From the NCBI GenBank assembly GCA_947630575.1, contig CANRIB010000006.1, positions 1 through 50,031 of the forward strand: a DNA stretch of 50,031 nucleotides, read 5' to 3'. Source of the DNA: an uncultured Bacilli bacterium. GTDB lineage: Bacteria; Bacillota_I; Bacilli_A; RF39; UBA660. How positions within the stretch are numbered: the stretch's first letter is position 1; each line of letters opens with the position of its first letter. The notes beneath the pieces were generated by a model. It was not told the DNA's origin and did not search any database. It was given only the letters and a program-made list of their open reading frames with translations. Of the stretch, positions 1 to 8,977 are shown piece by piece. Made by a program: the position numbers and the translations under genes.

Positions 1-74
1 CAATTTTAAGCGACTTTTTATATAGATAATATAATTAATCAAATTAACTTGATTTAAAAAACTGTCCGTAGGTA
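1..74. mobile_element. Terminus of an IS-like element extending beyond the left window edge
   Basis: 58-74 AAAACTGTCCGTAGGTA is a 16/17 inverted match to 49960-49976 TAGCTACGGACAGTTTT at the other window end. No transposase is visible and the family is not assigned. Confidence 0.65.
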
Positions 75-170
75 AGGAAATATCTTAAAGTAAAATACTG
101 CTTGTCTATTATGCTTATCCTTTTTATTAATAGACAAGATATGGGTTACCTTTACCCAAACATAATCCAG

Positions 171-202
171 GAACAAAGCTTTTCGACTTTGTTCTTTCTT
201 TT
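171..202 (+). terminator. Intrinsic terminator-like hairpin
   Basis: GAACAAAG-cttttcga-CTTTGTTC followed by TTTCTTTT. Confidence 0.6.
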
Positions 203-212
203 CTTCTGAATA

Positions 213-241
213 TTTACATAAACCTAAAAAAGTATTATAAT
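213..241 (+). promoter_or_regulatory. sigmaA-type promoter for the deacetylase gene
   Basis: TTTACA-17 bp-TATAAT; implies the start is ATG 258 behind a GGTGA SD. Confidence 0.55.
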
Positions 242-245
242 TAAT

Positions 246-1661
246 ATGGTGAATAAAATGCTAAAAAGAAGTATGATAGCAATAGCCATAATCGCCACAA
301 TCCTTTTTATTTCACTGCTGTATATTGGTTTTAAACCCATTTTAAAAGCCGAATTAAAAGGCCAAGATAAAACGATTGAAGTATTTACTGAATACCAAGA
401 TGAAGGTATTAATAGTTGTTATGGAAGTTTATTTTTAGGTTGTAAGAAAAAGCCCAATATTGAAGTAATAAATAATATCCAAGAAGATAAAATAGGCGAA
501 TATGAAATAATATATAAAGTTAAATATAAAAAGAAAGAAACAACATTAACAAGAAAAATAAAAGTAGTTGATACAACTGCTCCTGAATTAAAAATTGCAA
601 GTTCTGAATTAACCTCTTGTCCTAATACTACTGATTTTGATTTAAAATATGAAGCTATTGATAATTATGATAAAGATATAACTAGCAAAGTTACTAAAAC
701 TATAGAAAATGATAATCTTATTCTTTCTGTTACAGATTCCTCTAATAATACTACCACTAAAACTATCAAAGTAAATTATGAAGATACCGAAAAACCCAAA
801 ATTACTTTAAAAGGCTCTAATCCCACTTATTTATATGTTGGTGCAACTTATAAAGAATCTGGCTATGAAGTAACCGACAATTGTAGTTCTGATTTACAAG
901 ATAAAGTAACAGTTACCAATAATATTAATACTTCCAAAACAGGTACTTATTATGTAAATTACAAAGTAAAAGATGCTTATAATAATGAAACTACTGTTAC
1001 AAGAACAGTTAAAGTAATTATTAATCAACCAACTGTTTCAAAAGGCAATAAAATAATTTATTTAACTTTTGATGATGGTCCAAGTTACTATACTAATGAA
1101 TTACTAGATGTTTTAAAAGCCTACAATGTTAAAGCTACATTTTTTGTGACTTGGCAGTTTCCTGGTTATGCAAGTGCTATAAAAAGAGCTTATGATGAAG
1201 GCCACTCTATAGGGTTGCACACTTATAGTCATGTTTATTCTAAAGTTTATGCCAGTGTAGATGCTTATTTTAATGATTTAAATGCTATAAATGATAAAGT
1301 TAAAAACATAATTGGTATTGATTCTAAATTAATTAGATTTCCTGGTGGAAGTTCTAATACAGTAAGTAGAATAACTCCTAAGATAATGACTGTTTTAACT
1401 GGTGAAGTACAGGCTCGTGGTTATCATTATTTTGATTGGAATGTCAGTTCTAATGATACTGCTACCTCTAATAGTGCTACTATTGCTAGTAATGTTATAA
1501 AAAGTCTAAGAGGAGGTACATATATTGTTTTACAACATGATACTAAACCAGGAAGCATTCGAGCCGTCAAAAGTATTATTGAATATGGTCTTGCTAATGG
1601 CTATACATTTTTACCTCTAGACGAATCTAGTCCTACTGCCCATCATGGTTTAAATAATTAA
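246..1661 (+). CDS. Membrane-anchored polysaccharide/peptidoglycan deacetylase (CE4/NodB) with Ig-like DUF5011-type repeats
   Basis: N-terminal TM; repeated 'D..KP.ITLKG...YKE.GY...D...D...V' Ig-like modules; catalytic motifs LTFDDGP, H(T)YSH, RFPGG, DWNV, LQHD. Confidence 0.9.
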   Translation: MVNKMLKRSMIAIAIIATILFISLLYIGFKPILKAELKGQDKTIEVFTEYQDEGINSCYGSLFLGCKKKPNIEVINNIQEDKIGEYEIIYKVKYKKKETTLTRKIKVVDTTAPELKIASSELTSCPNTTDFDLKYEAIDNYDKDITSKVTKTIENDNLILSVTDSSNNTTTKTIKVNYEDTEKPKITLKGSNPTYLYVGATYKESGYEVTDNCSSDLQDKVTVTNNINTSKTGTYYVNYKVKDAYNNETTVTRTVKVIINQPTVSKGNKIIYLTFDDGPSYYTNELLDVLKAYNVKATFFVTWQFPGYASAIKRAYDEGHSIGLHTYSHVYSKVYASVDAYFNDLNAINDKVKNIIGIDSKLIRFPGGSSNTVSRITPKIMTVLTGEVQARGYHYFDWNVSSNDTATSNSATIASNVIKSLRGGTYIVLQHDTKPGSIRAVKSIIEYGLANGYTFLPLDESSPTAHHGLNN

Positions 1662-1683
1662 AAGAAAGGTAATAAAAACTCAT

Positions 1684-2418
1684 ATGAATAATTTTTGGTC
1701 TCCTTGGCATGGCTGTCACAAATGTAGTCCCGGCTGTCTTAATTGCTATGTATATTATTTAGATAAAAAGCATGGTAAAGATGCAAGTATTATAACTAAA
1801 TCTAAAACTAACTTTGATTTACCTCTTAAAAAGAATCGTCAAGGTGCATATAAAATTCCTAGTGGTACAGAAGTTGCCACTTGTTTTACTAGTGATTTTT
1901 TTCTTGAAGAAGCTGATTTATGGCGAAACGAAGCTTGGCAAATAATCAAAAAACGTCAAGATCTAACATTTTTAATCTGCACTAAAAGAATTGAACGCTT
2001 CATGGCTTGTATCCCTAGTGATTGGGGTGAAGGCTATCCCAATGTTAAACTTGCTATTACCTGTGAAAATCAAGCTATGGCCGATTTAAGATGTCCCATA
2101 TTCTTAAATATTCCTGCCCAAACTAAATATATTTTTGTCGGTCCAATTCTTGAATATGTTGATTTAAAGCCTTATCTTAAAACTGGAAAAATTGCCTCTG
2201 TATCTGTAAGCGGTGAATCCTATGAAAATGCTCGTCTATGTGATTTTAATTGGGTTAAAAAAATATATGAAGATACTAAACTTTATAATGTTGCTTTTAA
2301 TTTCCATCAGACAGGTTCCAATTTTCTCATGGATGGCAAAATCTATAAAATAAAGCATTTTGAAGAATTTGAACAAGCAAAAAAAGGGGAAGAGTATCTT
2401 TTAAATCATTATAAATAA
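1684..2418 (+). CDS. DUF5131 (phage Gp37/Gp68-like, radical-SAM-like) protein
   Basis: WSPWHGCHKCSPGCLNCY, TSDFF, CTKR.ER, TCENQ, SGES motifs. Confidence 0.85.
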   Translation: MNNFWSPWHGCHKCSPGCLNCYVYYLDKKHGKDASIITKSKTNFDLPLKKNRQGAYKIPSGTEVATCFTSDFFLEEADLWRNEAWQIIKKRQDLTFLICTKRIERFMACIPSDWGEGYPNVKLAITCENQAMADLRCPIFLNIPAQTKYIFVGPILEYVDLKPYLKTGKIASVSVSGESYENARLCDFNWVKKIYEDTKLYNVAFNFHQTGSNFLMDGKIYKIKHFEEFEQAKKGEEYLLNHYK

Positions 2419-2534
2419 ATCTAAATCTTATTGCCCATATTCTGTGCACTTATTTTTATATTACATCTAAGAAATAATTATAAGCATTATTATCACTAAT
2501 TGCAGTTTTAACAAAAATGTGTTAAAATAAAAAT

Positions 2535-4148
2535 ATGAGGTCAAGTGTTATGCTAAGAAGAGTAGAGTTTAAAAAAAAGGGGCGTAATGCGTTTTATCGC
2601 AATTGGAAATCTTGTATTATTGTTTGCTTTTTATATATAGTTTTAGTAGGTGGTTCTGTAATCACCATTAATCGGGAATTTGACTATGACTATCGCGATA
2701 ACATTAAAAATTTAAACATCAATAATATTGAAGGCGACACTAACTCTGACATCGTAAATGAATTTATCAATGGTCTTTCTGGTAATAAACCAAAAGAATA
2801 TAACTTTTTAAGTAATACCACAAGAGGAGTTATTGGCACACTAGCAAACTCTGTATCTAAAACCGGATCTTTCTTATTTGGAGCCCTAAATGCTATTAAT
2901 GAAGCCTTATTTAAAGACCGTATTTGGCCCAGTGTTGTCATAATTATAGGCGCGTGTCTTTCTCTTTTATATTGGATTTTTGTAAGTAAAGTTTTAGAAG
3001 TAGGTTTAGATAGATTTTATTTAGAAAATCATCGTTTTACTCAAACTAAAACAAGTAAAATTCTCATGCCCTATAAACTAAATAAAGCAACTAATATTGC
3101 CTATACGATGTTTTTAAAAAATATTTATACTATTCTTTGGAGTTTTACTATAATCGGGGGCTTTATTAAAGCATATTCTTACAAAATGGTTCCCTTTATT
3201 CTCGCAGAAAATCCCAACATGAAACCTAAAGATGTTATTAACTTATCTCGAGAAATGATGGATGGTTATAAATGGGAAATGTTTAAATTAGATTTATCAT
3301 TTATAGGTTATTATATCTTAGGATTTTTAACTTTTAATATTAGTAATATTGTCTTTACTACTCCAGTAATTAAAGCTACATATGTTGAAGTATATATTTA
3401 TTTTCGGGATTTAGCCAAAACTAAAGGTTTAACTAAATCTGAATTATTAAAAGATAACTTATTGGATGGCCCATTAACTATTGGTGAATATCCTTTATAT
3501 GATAAAATGCTTAAAAATAGCAAAAATCATTTTTGGTTAAATTTTGATTATAATCGTAATTATAGTTTAGTATATTTACTCTTAATATGTTTTATAATTT
3601 CTATTATTGGTTTTATGTGGGAAACATTACTTCATTTATTCCAATATGGCGTTTTAGTTAAAAGGGGAACTTTACATGGACCATGGCTTCCTATTTATGG
3701 AGGAGGCTGTTTTGCTTTATTAGTTTTATTAAAAAATTATCGTAAGAATCCTTTTACTTATTTTCTTTTATCTATGGTTATCTGTGGTGTTATTGAATAT
3801 TTAACCAGTGTTTATTTAGAAGTTGTCCATCATATGTCTTGGTGGAATTATAATGGCTTTTTCTTAAATTTAAATGGGCGTATTTGTCTTGAAGGTTTAA
3901 TTGTCTTTGGAATAGGGGGAGTAATTGCAACTTATATTATTGCACCTTTAATAAGTAATGTGTTAGACCGTCTAAAACCTCAAACTAGAAATATTTTATG
4001 TCTGGTATTAATGTCTTTATTAATCTTTGACTTTTATATTTCTGGTAAAAATCCTAATACTGGTAAAGGCATAACTTCTGAACTTGATAATATCTCAATT
4101 ATCCTTAAAGATTATACTTTATTTTCTTCTAAATCCCACTTTAAATAG
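2535..4148 (+). CDS. Integral membrane protein, DUF975 fused to a putative ABC-permease-like (DUF1113-type) domain
   Basis: DUF975 motif 'LWS..IIGG.IKAYSY.M.P.ILAENP...S.EMMDGYKW.MF.LDLSF'; C-terminal 'GF.WE...RG.L.GPWLPIYG...EY...WW.Y...NLNGRICL'. Confidence 0.75.
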   Translation: MRSSVMLRRVEFKKKGRNAFYRNWKSCIIVCFLYIVLVGGSVITINREFDYDYRDNIKNLNINNIEGDTNSDIVNEFINGLSGNKPKEYNFLSNTTRGVIGTLANSVSKTGSFLFGALNAINEALFKDRIWPSVVIIIGACLSLLYWIFVSKVLEVGLDRFYLENHRFTQTKTSKILMPYKLNKATNIAYTMFLKNIYTILWSFTIIGGFIKAYSYKMVPFILAENPNMKPKDVINLSREMMDGYKWEMFKLDLSFIGYYILGFLTFNISNIVFTTPVIKATYVEVYIYFRDLAKTKGLTKSELLKDNLLDGPLTIGEYPLYDKMLKNSKNHFWLNFDYNRNYSLVYLLLICFIISIIGFMWETLLHLFQYGVLVKRGTLHGPWLPIYGGGCFALLVLLKNYRKNPFTYFLLSMVICGVIEYLTSVYLEVVHHMSWWNYNGFFLNLNGRICLEGLIVFGIGGVIATYIIAPLISNVLDRLKPQTRNILCLVLMSLLIFDFYISGKNPNTGKGITSELDNISIILKDYTLFSSKSHFK

Positions 4149-4196
4149 CTTTTTTAAAGCTTTTTTTCATGTTATAATAATAATATAGGTGGTAGT

Positions 4197-5093
4197 ATGA
4201 AAACTCTTACAATCAAAGACCCATGGGCAAGTTTAATCATCCATGGTTATAAAAAATATGAATTTCGTTCTTGGAAAACATCCTATCGTGGTAAAATCCT
4301 AATTCACTCAAGTATTAATCCTGAAAAGAAAATTATCTCTAATTTTAAATCTTTAAACTTAAATTATAATCCTGGATATATTATTGGAGAAGCAACTATC
4401 AAAGATTGTCTTCCTCTAACCAAAGAATTTAATAACAAATTAATTAAAGAAAATAAATTAATTTATGGAGATAATAAGAATAGAAAAGGATATGCCTGGG
4501 AATTAACTAATATTAAAAAATATGAAAAACCCTTTAAAGCTAAAGGCAGTTTAAGTCTATGGGAATATTATTCTAAAGAAGAAATCATGAATATCATGGC
4601 CAATATTAAATATGGTTATTTAGATAAATCAAACCAAATTCATTTAGATATTGATTCTAATTTCCCTTTAAATTATATTTTATCTACTCCGAAAGAAGTT
4701 TTACTAAATAAAGTAGGTATTTGTTGGGATCAAGTCGAACTAGAAAGAACTTTATTTAAAGGTCATGATGTTAAAACTTATTTTATTGTTTATTATGGTA
4801 ATAATAAATGTCCTACTCATACTTTTTTAACTTTAAAAGAAAATAATAAATATTATTGGTTTGAACATTCCTGGGAGCTATATAAAGGTATTCATGAATA
4901 TGATACTCTAAAAAACTTACTTTTAGATGTTAAAGCTAAATTTATTAAAAGTGAACTAAAAAATAAATATCAGGAAGATAATTTAAAAATAATACCTTAT
5001 AAAAAACCTCAATCTCATTTAACTGTAAATGAATTTTATGCCCACTGTGAACAATATGAACCAATTATTTTAAAGGAGAATCAAAATGAATAA
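4197..5093 (+). CDS. ASCH domain fused to a transglutaminase/papain-like domain
   Basis: N-terminal 'LTIKDPWASLIIHGYKKYEFRSWKTSYRG.ILIH' (ASCH); C-terminal 'GICWDQVELER...THTF...WFEHSW' similar to 7863-8387. Confidence 0.75.
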   Translation: MKTLTIKDPWASLIIHGYKKYEFRSWKTSYRGKILIHSSINPEKKIISNFKSLNLNYNPGYIIGEATIKDCLPLTKEFNNKLIKENKLIYGDNKNRKGYAWELTNIKKYEKPFKAKGSLSLWEYYSKEEIMNIMANIKYGYLDKSNQIHLDIDSNFPLNYILSTPKEVLLNKVGICWDQVELERTLFKGHDVKTYFIVYYGNNKCPTHTFLTLKENNKYYWFEHSWELYKGIHEYDTLKNLLLDVKAKFIKSELKNKYQEDNLKIIPYKKPQSHLTVNEFYAHCEQYEPIILKENQNE

Positions 5094-5478
5094 AAAAGGT
5101 TTTACTCTTATTGAATTACTATGTGTTATAGCGCTTCTTGCCTTAATTACCACACTTGCCAGTACAAGTATTATAAATTTATCTAAAAAAAGCAAAGAAA
5201 ATCTTTACTGTGCTAAAATTTCTTTAATTAAAACTGCCGCGGAAGACTATGCCTTAAAACTCGAAAAAGAACTTAATGCAAGCACTAATTTATATGAAGG
5301 TTATAAAAGTCTAACTATTAAAGTTAGTGATTTAGTATCTTCTGGCAAACTTACTGCCGATAAAGATGATATAGTTTTAAATCCCCTAGATAATACTAGC
5401 ATGAATAATCTAGAAATTATTATATATTTAGCTAATAATCATATTAATTCTTATATTGCCACTGATAATATTTGTTAA
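5086..5478 (+). CDS. Type IV pilin/pseudopilin-like protein with prepilin N-terminal cleavage/methylation motif
   Basis: MNKKG|FTLIELLCVIALL class III signal peptide. Confidence 0.85.
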   Translation: MNKKGFTLIELLCVIALLALITTLASTSIINLSKKSKENLYCAKISLIKTAAEDYALKLEKELNASTNLYEGYKSLTIKVSDLVSSGKLTADKDDIVLNPLDNTSMNNLEIIIYLANNHINSYIATDNIC

Positions 5479-5525
5479 TTTTTCAAATTTATGTTAAAAT
5501 AAAGAATCAAAAAGGAGGGACTATA

Positions 5526-6830
5526 ATGAAATGTGTTTGCTTAATAGGTAAGCCAAATGTCGGTAAATCTACTATTTTTAATAAACTAATTAAAGAAAAA
5601 AAGTCTATTATTTTAGATGAAGCTGGAATCACAAGAGATCGTATTTATGGGAAAGTAACCTATAAAAATAAAACTTTTTCTTTAATTGATACAGGGGGAA
5701 TTACAAGTGATATAGGTGAGTTTAACACAGATATTAAAATTCAAGCTGAATTAGGCGCATCTGAATCTGATTTAATATTATTTGTTGTTGATGGCAAAAC
5801 CGGCTTAGACCACAGTGATTATTACATTAGAGATATGCTCTTAAAAGCAGGTAAAGAAGTAATTGTTGTAGTAAATAAAGTTGATAATGCTAAAAGAAAA
5901 GAAAATATCTATGAGTTTTATGAATTAGGCTTTCCAACAATTATCAGTGTTTCTGGTGAACACAATTTAGGCTTTAATGAACTTTTAGATGCGATTACAA
6001 AAGATATAAAAGAAAATACCGATATTACATCAAGTATTCCTAAATTTTGTATTATTGGTCGCCCTAATGTTGGCAAAAGTAGCTTAATAAATGCTTTATT
6101 AAATGAAGAAAGAACGATAGTATCTAATATCGCCGGCACTACCAGAGATTCTATTGACACTTTATTTACTTATGATAAAAAAGAATATATTGCCATTGAT
6201 ACTGCTGGTATGCGTAAAAAAGGTAAAATATATGAAAATATTGAAAAATATAGTTATCTTCGGAGTATGCGCGCTATAGAAGAATCCGATGTTTGCTGTG
6301 TGGTTGTAAATGCTGAAGAAGGCATAATTGAACATGATAAACATATCTTAGGATATGCTCTTGAAGCCGGAAAAGGAGTAGTCTTAGTTGTAAATAAATG
6401 GGATAAAATAAATAATCCCAATGAAGCCATCAAAAAATGGCAACAAAAAATAGCGAGTGAATTTCAATTTACGCCTTATATAAAAGTAGTTTTCTTATCA
6501 GCTTTAAAAAAGAAACGTATTCATACGCTTATGCCTGCCATAATTGAAGCTTACGAAAACAATTCTAAAAATATTCCTACTAGTCTTTTAAACAATGTTA
6601 TTACGGAAGCTGTAAGCTTAAATGCCCCTCCATCTTTTAAAGGAAAACGTTTAAAAATATATTTTGTCAGTGAAACTGGCCTAAAACCTCCTAAATTTAC
6701 TTTTCAAGTTAATGATAAAAAACTCATCCACTTTAGTTATGAAAGATATTTAGAAAATAAAATAAGAGAAAATTTTGATTTAACTGGAACTCCTATAATA
6801 TTACAATTTAAAACTAAAAATGAACATTAA
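5526..6830 (+). CDS. der: Ribosome biogenesis GTPase Der/EngA
   Basis: Two GTPase domains (GKPNVGKS, GRPNVGKS, DTGG/DTAG, NKVD/NKWD) plus KH-like C-terminus; start moved to ATG 5526 behind AAGGAGG. Confidence 0.97.
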   Translation: MKCVCLIGKPNVGKSTIFNKLIKEKKSIILDEAGITRDRIYGKVTYKNKTFSLIDTGGITSDIGEFNTDIKIQAELGASESDLILFVVDGKTGLDHSDYYIRDMLLKAGKEVIVVVNKVDNAKRKENIYEFYELGFPTIISVSGEHNLGFNELLDAITKDIKENTDITSSIPKFCIIGRPNVGKSSLINALLNEERTIVSNIAGTTRDSIDTLFTYDKKEYIAIDTAGMRKKGKIYENIEKYSYLRSMRAIEESDVCCVVVNAEEGIIEHDKHILGYALEAGKGVVLVVNKWDKINNPNEAIKKWQQKIASEFQFTPYIKVVFLSALKKKRIHTLMPAIIEAYENNSKNIPTSLLNNVITEAVSLNAPPSFKGKRLKIYFVSETGLKPPKFTFQVNDKKLIHFSYERYLENKIRENFDLTGTPIILQFKTKNEH

Positions 6831-6862
6831 AAAAGTGATGTTAAAAAAATTCATCGCTTTTA
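6830..6862. terminator. Bidirectional terminator between der and the convergent XRE gene
   Basis: AAAAGTGATG...CATCGCTTTT hairpin. Confidence 0.55.
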
Positions 6863-6863
6863 T

Positions 6864-7127
6864 TTATACCTCTAATTTTTCTCTTTCGTCTATTCTTTTC
6901 TTAGTTATAATATGTTCTTCATTATAAGTAACTAAATCTTTTGAAGAAACATTAAGTAATAAAGCTAATTCATCAATTCTTTCAATACTAATATTTTCTT
7001 CGCCTCTCTCCACACTAGCCATATATTTATAAGATAATCCTAATTGGGTATAAAACTTTTCTTGACTCATTCCCATTTTATATCGATAATATTTTAAATT
7101 CATGCCAATAATTTCTTTTAAATTCAT
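6864..7127 (-). CDS. XRE-family HTH transcriptional regulator
   Basis: 'NLKYYRYKMGMSQEKF...GLSYKYMASVERGEENISIE'. Confidence 0.85.
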   Translation of the reverse strand: MNLKEIIGMNLKYYRYKMGMSQEKFYTQLGLSYKYMASVERGEENISIERIDELALLLNVSSKDLVTYNEEHIITKKRIDEREKLEV

Positions 7128-7200
7128 TTATTCCTTCTCCTCACACTTAATATTATTGATAATTTCATCTAAAGTCTACCCAGTTATAGCTACACAAAAT

Positions 7201-7229
7201 TTGACATTCCAAAATTTTTGGTATATTAT
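7201..7229 (+). promoter_or_regulatory. sigmaA promoter
   Basis: TTGACA-17-TATTAT upstream of a GGAGGAG SD. Confidence 0.7.
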
Positions 7230-7247
7230 ATATCTAGTGGAGGAGTT

Positions 7248-7466
7248 ATGGTAAAAAGTAGTACAAATGTAAATTTTAAATTACAAAATTTACGCAAAAT
7301 AAGTAATATGTCTTATGAAGATGTAGCTAAAAAGGTTGGTATCTGTAAAGCTTACTATTGGCAAATAGAGCATGGTAATCGTCGTCTATACTACGATTTA
7401 GCTTTAAAAATTGCCAAAGTTTTTAAGAAAAAACCTGATGAAATTTTTTATAGCTATTATAAATAA
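7248..7466 (+). CDS. XRE-family HTH regulator, divergent from 6864-7127
   Basis: 'LQNLRK..NMSYEDVAKKVGICKAYYWQIEHGNR.L.YDLALKIA.VF...PDEIF'; ATG 7248 follows GGAGGAG. Confidence 0.85.
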   Translation: MVKSSTNVNFKLQNLRKISNMSYEDVAKKVGICKAYYWQIEHGNRRLYYDLALKIAKVFKKKPDEIFYSYYK

Positions 7467-7492
7467 ACCAAAAATACTTTCTAACATATAAT
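7463..7492 (+). promoter_or_regulatory. Mother-cell sigma (sigK/sigE-like) promoter
   Basis: AC(7467-68)-16 bp-CATATAAT(7485-92) upstream of spoVIF. Confidence 0.45.
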
Positions 7493-7511
7493 GTTTTAGG
7501 AGGTATTTTTT

Positions 7512-7751
7512 ATGCTAGATGACTCATTTTTTAAAAAAGTTGAAAAGAAAACTAAGGTAGACAAAAATACCATCATAAGTCTTGCCGAAAAACTTCAAAA
7601 TGGCAACATGAAAGACCCCGAAACTTTAAATGAAGTAATAGATACTTTAAGTAAAATGACTGGTAAAAAAGTAAATAAAGAATTAAAAAACAAAATAATT
7701 GAAAAAGTTGTCGCCGATGAAGTTCCTAAAACTATTGATAATATGTTTTAA
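7512..7751 (+). CDS. spoVIF: Stage VI sporulation protein F-like
   Basis: 'DSFFKKVEKKT.V....I..LA..LQN.N.KD..TL..VI..LS......V.KE....I' matches the SpoVIF family pattern. Confidence 0.85.
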   Translation: MLDDSFFKKVEKKTKVDKNTIISLAEKLQNGNMKDPETLNEVIDTLSKMTGKKVNKELKNKIIEKVVADEVPKTIDNMF

Positions 7752-7862
7752 AAAATTTTTTTCCCATAAAAAGGGCGAAAAACACCAATTATTATTAATT
7801 TAAGAAATTTTTGATTGCCAAGACCACCCATTTTCTGTTATAATAGGCACTAGGTGGAGTAC

Positions 7863-8387
7863 ATGGAACAAGTTAATAATGTTATGGATATTTTAGAAAG
7901 TTTAAAAGATATTGAATACGGCTGGATGGACATAGAAAAAAATGTCTATCGCAATGTCGACAAGGGATTTAAAAAGAAGTATGTGTTAGCAAATCCTGAA
8001 GAAACAATTACTAATAAAGTAGGTACCTGTTTTGATTTAGTTGAAGTAGAAAGAAACTATTTCAAAAATCTAGGTTTAAAATTTAATACTTACTTTATGA
8101 TTTATTACGAATCTAAACGTATATATACACATACCTTTATCGTTTATGAAGAAAACGAAAAATTCTATTGGTTAGAAGTATCATGGGAGAAAAATCGTGG
8201 TATTCATGAATTTATGTCATTATACGATTTACTAACCACAGTTCGAAGTGAATTTATTAAATTTCATAATATCAAATTTATGGATATGGATTACTTATGT
8301 GTTTACAAATATAAGAAACCAAAATTCCATATTGGTTTAAAAGAATTTTATAAACACTGCGAAAATGGGGAAAATGTTATAATCTAA
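7863..8387 (+). CDS. Transglutaminase/papain-like protein, paralog of the C-terminal half of 4197-5093
   Basis: 'KVGTCFDLVEVER...THTF...YWLEVSWE...GIHE...EFYKHCE'; ATG 7863 after AGGTGGAG. Confidence 0.65.
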   Translation: MEQVNNVMDILESLKDIEYGWMDIEKNVYRNVDKGFKKKYVLANPEETITNKVGTCFDLVEVERNYFKNLGLKFNTYFMIYYESKRIYTHTFIVYEENEKFYWLEVSWEKNRGIHEFMSLYDLLTTVRSEFIKFHNIKFMDMDYLCVYKYKKPKFHIGLKEFYKHCENGENVII

Positions 8388-8390
8388 CCC

Positions 8391-8419
8391 TTGAGTAATA
8401 GCTATATTTATGCTATACT
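8391..8419 (+). promoter_or_regulatory. sigmaA promoter of the T-box leader
   Basis: TTGAGT-17-TATACT with extended TG. Confidence 0.65.
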
Positions 8420-8425
8420 AAACAC

Positions 8426-8634
8426 ATAAAGCAAATATTAAAAGACATGATTTATAAAATGATTTTTTATAGAGAGTTTAACATTTGGTGGAAGTTAATA
8501 AATAGTTTTATAAATTACTCCTTTTATAGTGAGATTAATAATCTCCGTTTAAGTTACGTTATAGACTTAAAATAAGTAATATAAAGGATGGTACCGCAGA
8601 ATTTGCTCCTTAAAGAGCCTGCGGTTTTTTATTT
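8426..8634 (+). ncRNA. T-box riboswitch (Thr)
   Basis: Stem I with AGAGA and GGTGGAA motifs, putative specifier ACT (8517-19), T-box AAGGA-TGGTACC-GCAG (8584-99) pairing with TGCTCCT, terminator ACCGCAG...CTGCGGT-TTTTT; thrS downstream. Confidence 0.88.
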
Positions 8635-8647
8635 AGGAGGGATATTT

Positions 8648-8977
8648 ATTACAAGAGAAATGTATAAAGATTATCTAACGGCATTTTATTATTTAAAAAA
8701 TAGTTTAGAAATCGAACATGATACAGCATATAACAAAGTATTATCAGTTTTAAAAAATATTATTGAAAGTTATGAAATGAGTGCTTGGGCTCACGAATTA
8801 AAAATGTTTAAGCCTGAAGAACTTGCTACTCCTGATATTTTAACTAAAACTCTATATACTTTAAAAGTTTTATATTTAGTAGCACCCGATACCAAAGAAG
8901 AGGGAGAGCTATTAGCTAAAAAAATTCAAAAAATAATTATTAATAATAAATTAGAAGAAAGAGGAATTAAAAGATGA
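8648..8977 (+). CDS. Hypothetical helical protein between the T-box and thrS (start ATT 8648 or ATG 8660)
   Basis: Open frame, strong SD AGGAGG at 8635-40, stop overlaps the thrS start (ATGA). Confidence 0.6.
   Translation: MTREMYKDYLTAFYYLKNSLEIEHDTAYNKVLSVLKNIIESYEMSAWAHELKMFKPEELATPDILTKTLYTLKVLYLVAPDTKEEGELLAKKIQKIIINNKLEERGIKR

Noticed and set aside
6864-7466. Phage-like cI/cro switch or toxin-antitoxin pair
   Set aside because: Two divergent XRE genes are present, but I see no repeated operators, toxin or mobile context; treated as ordinary regulators.
8588-8647. ORF-track start at ATG 8588
   Set aside because: It lies inside the T-box antiterminator/terminator; the strong SD is at 8635-40.
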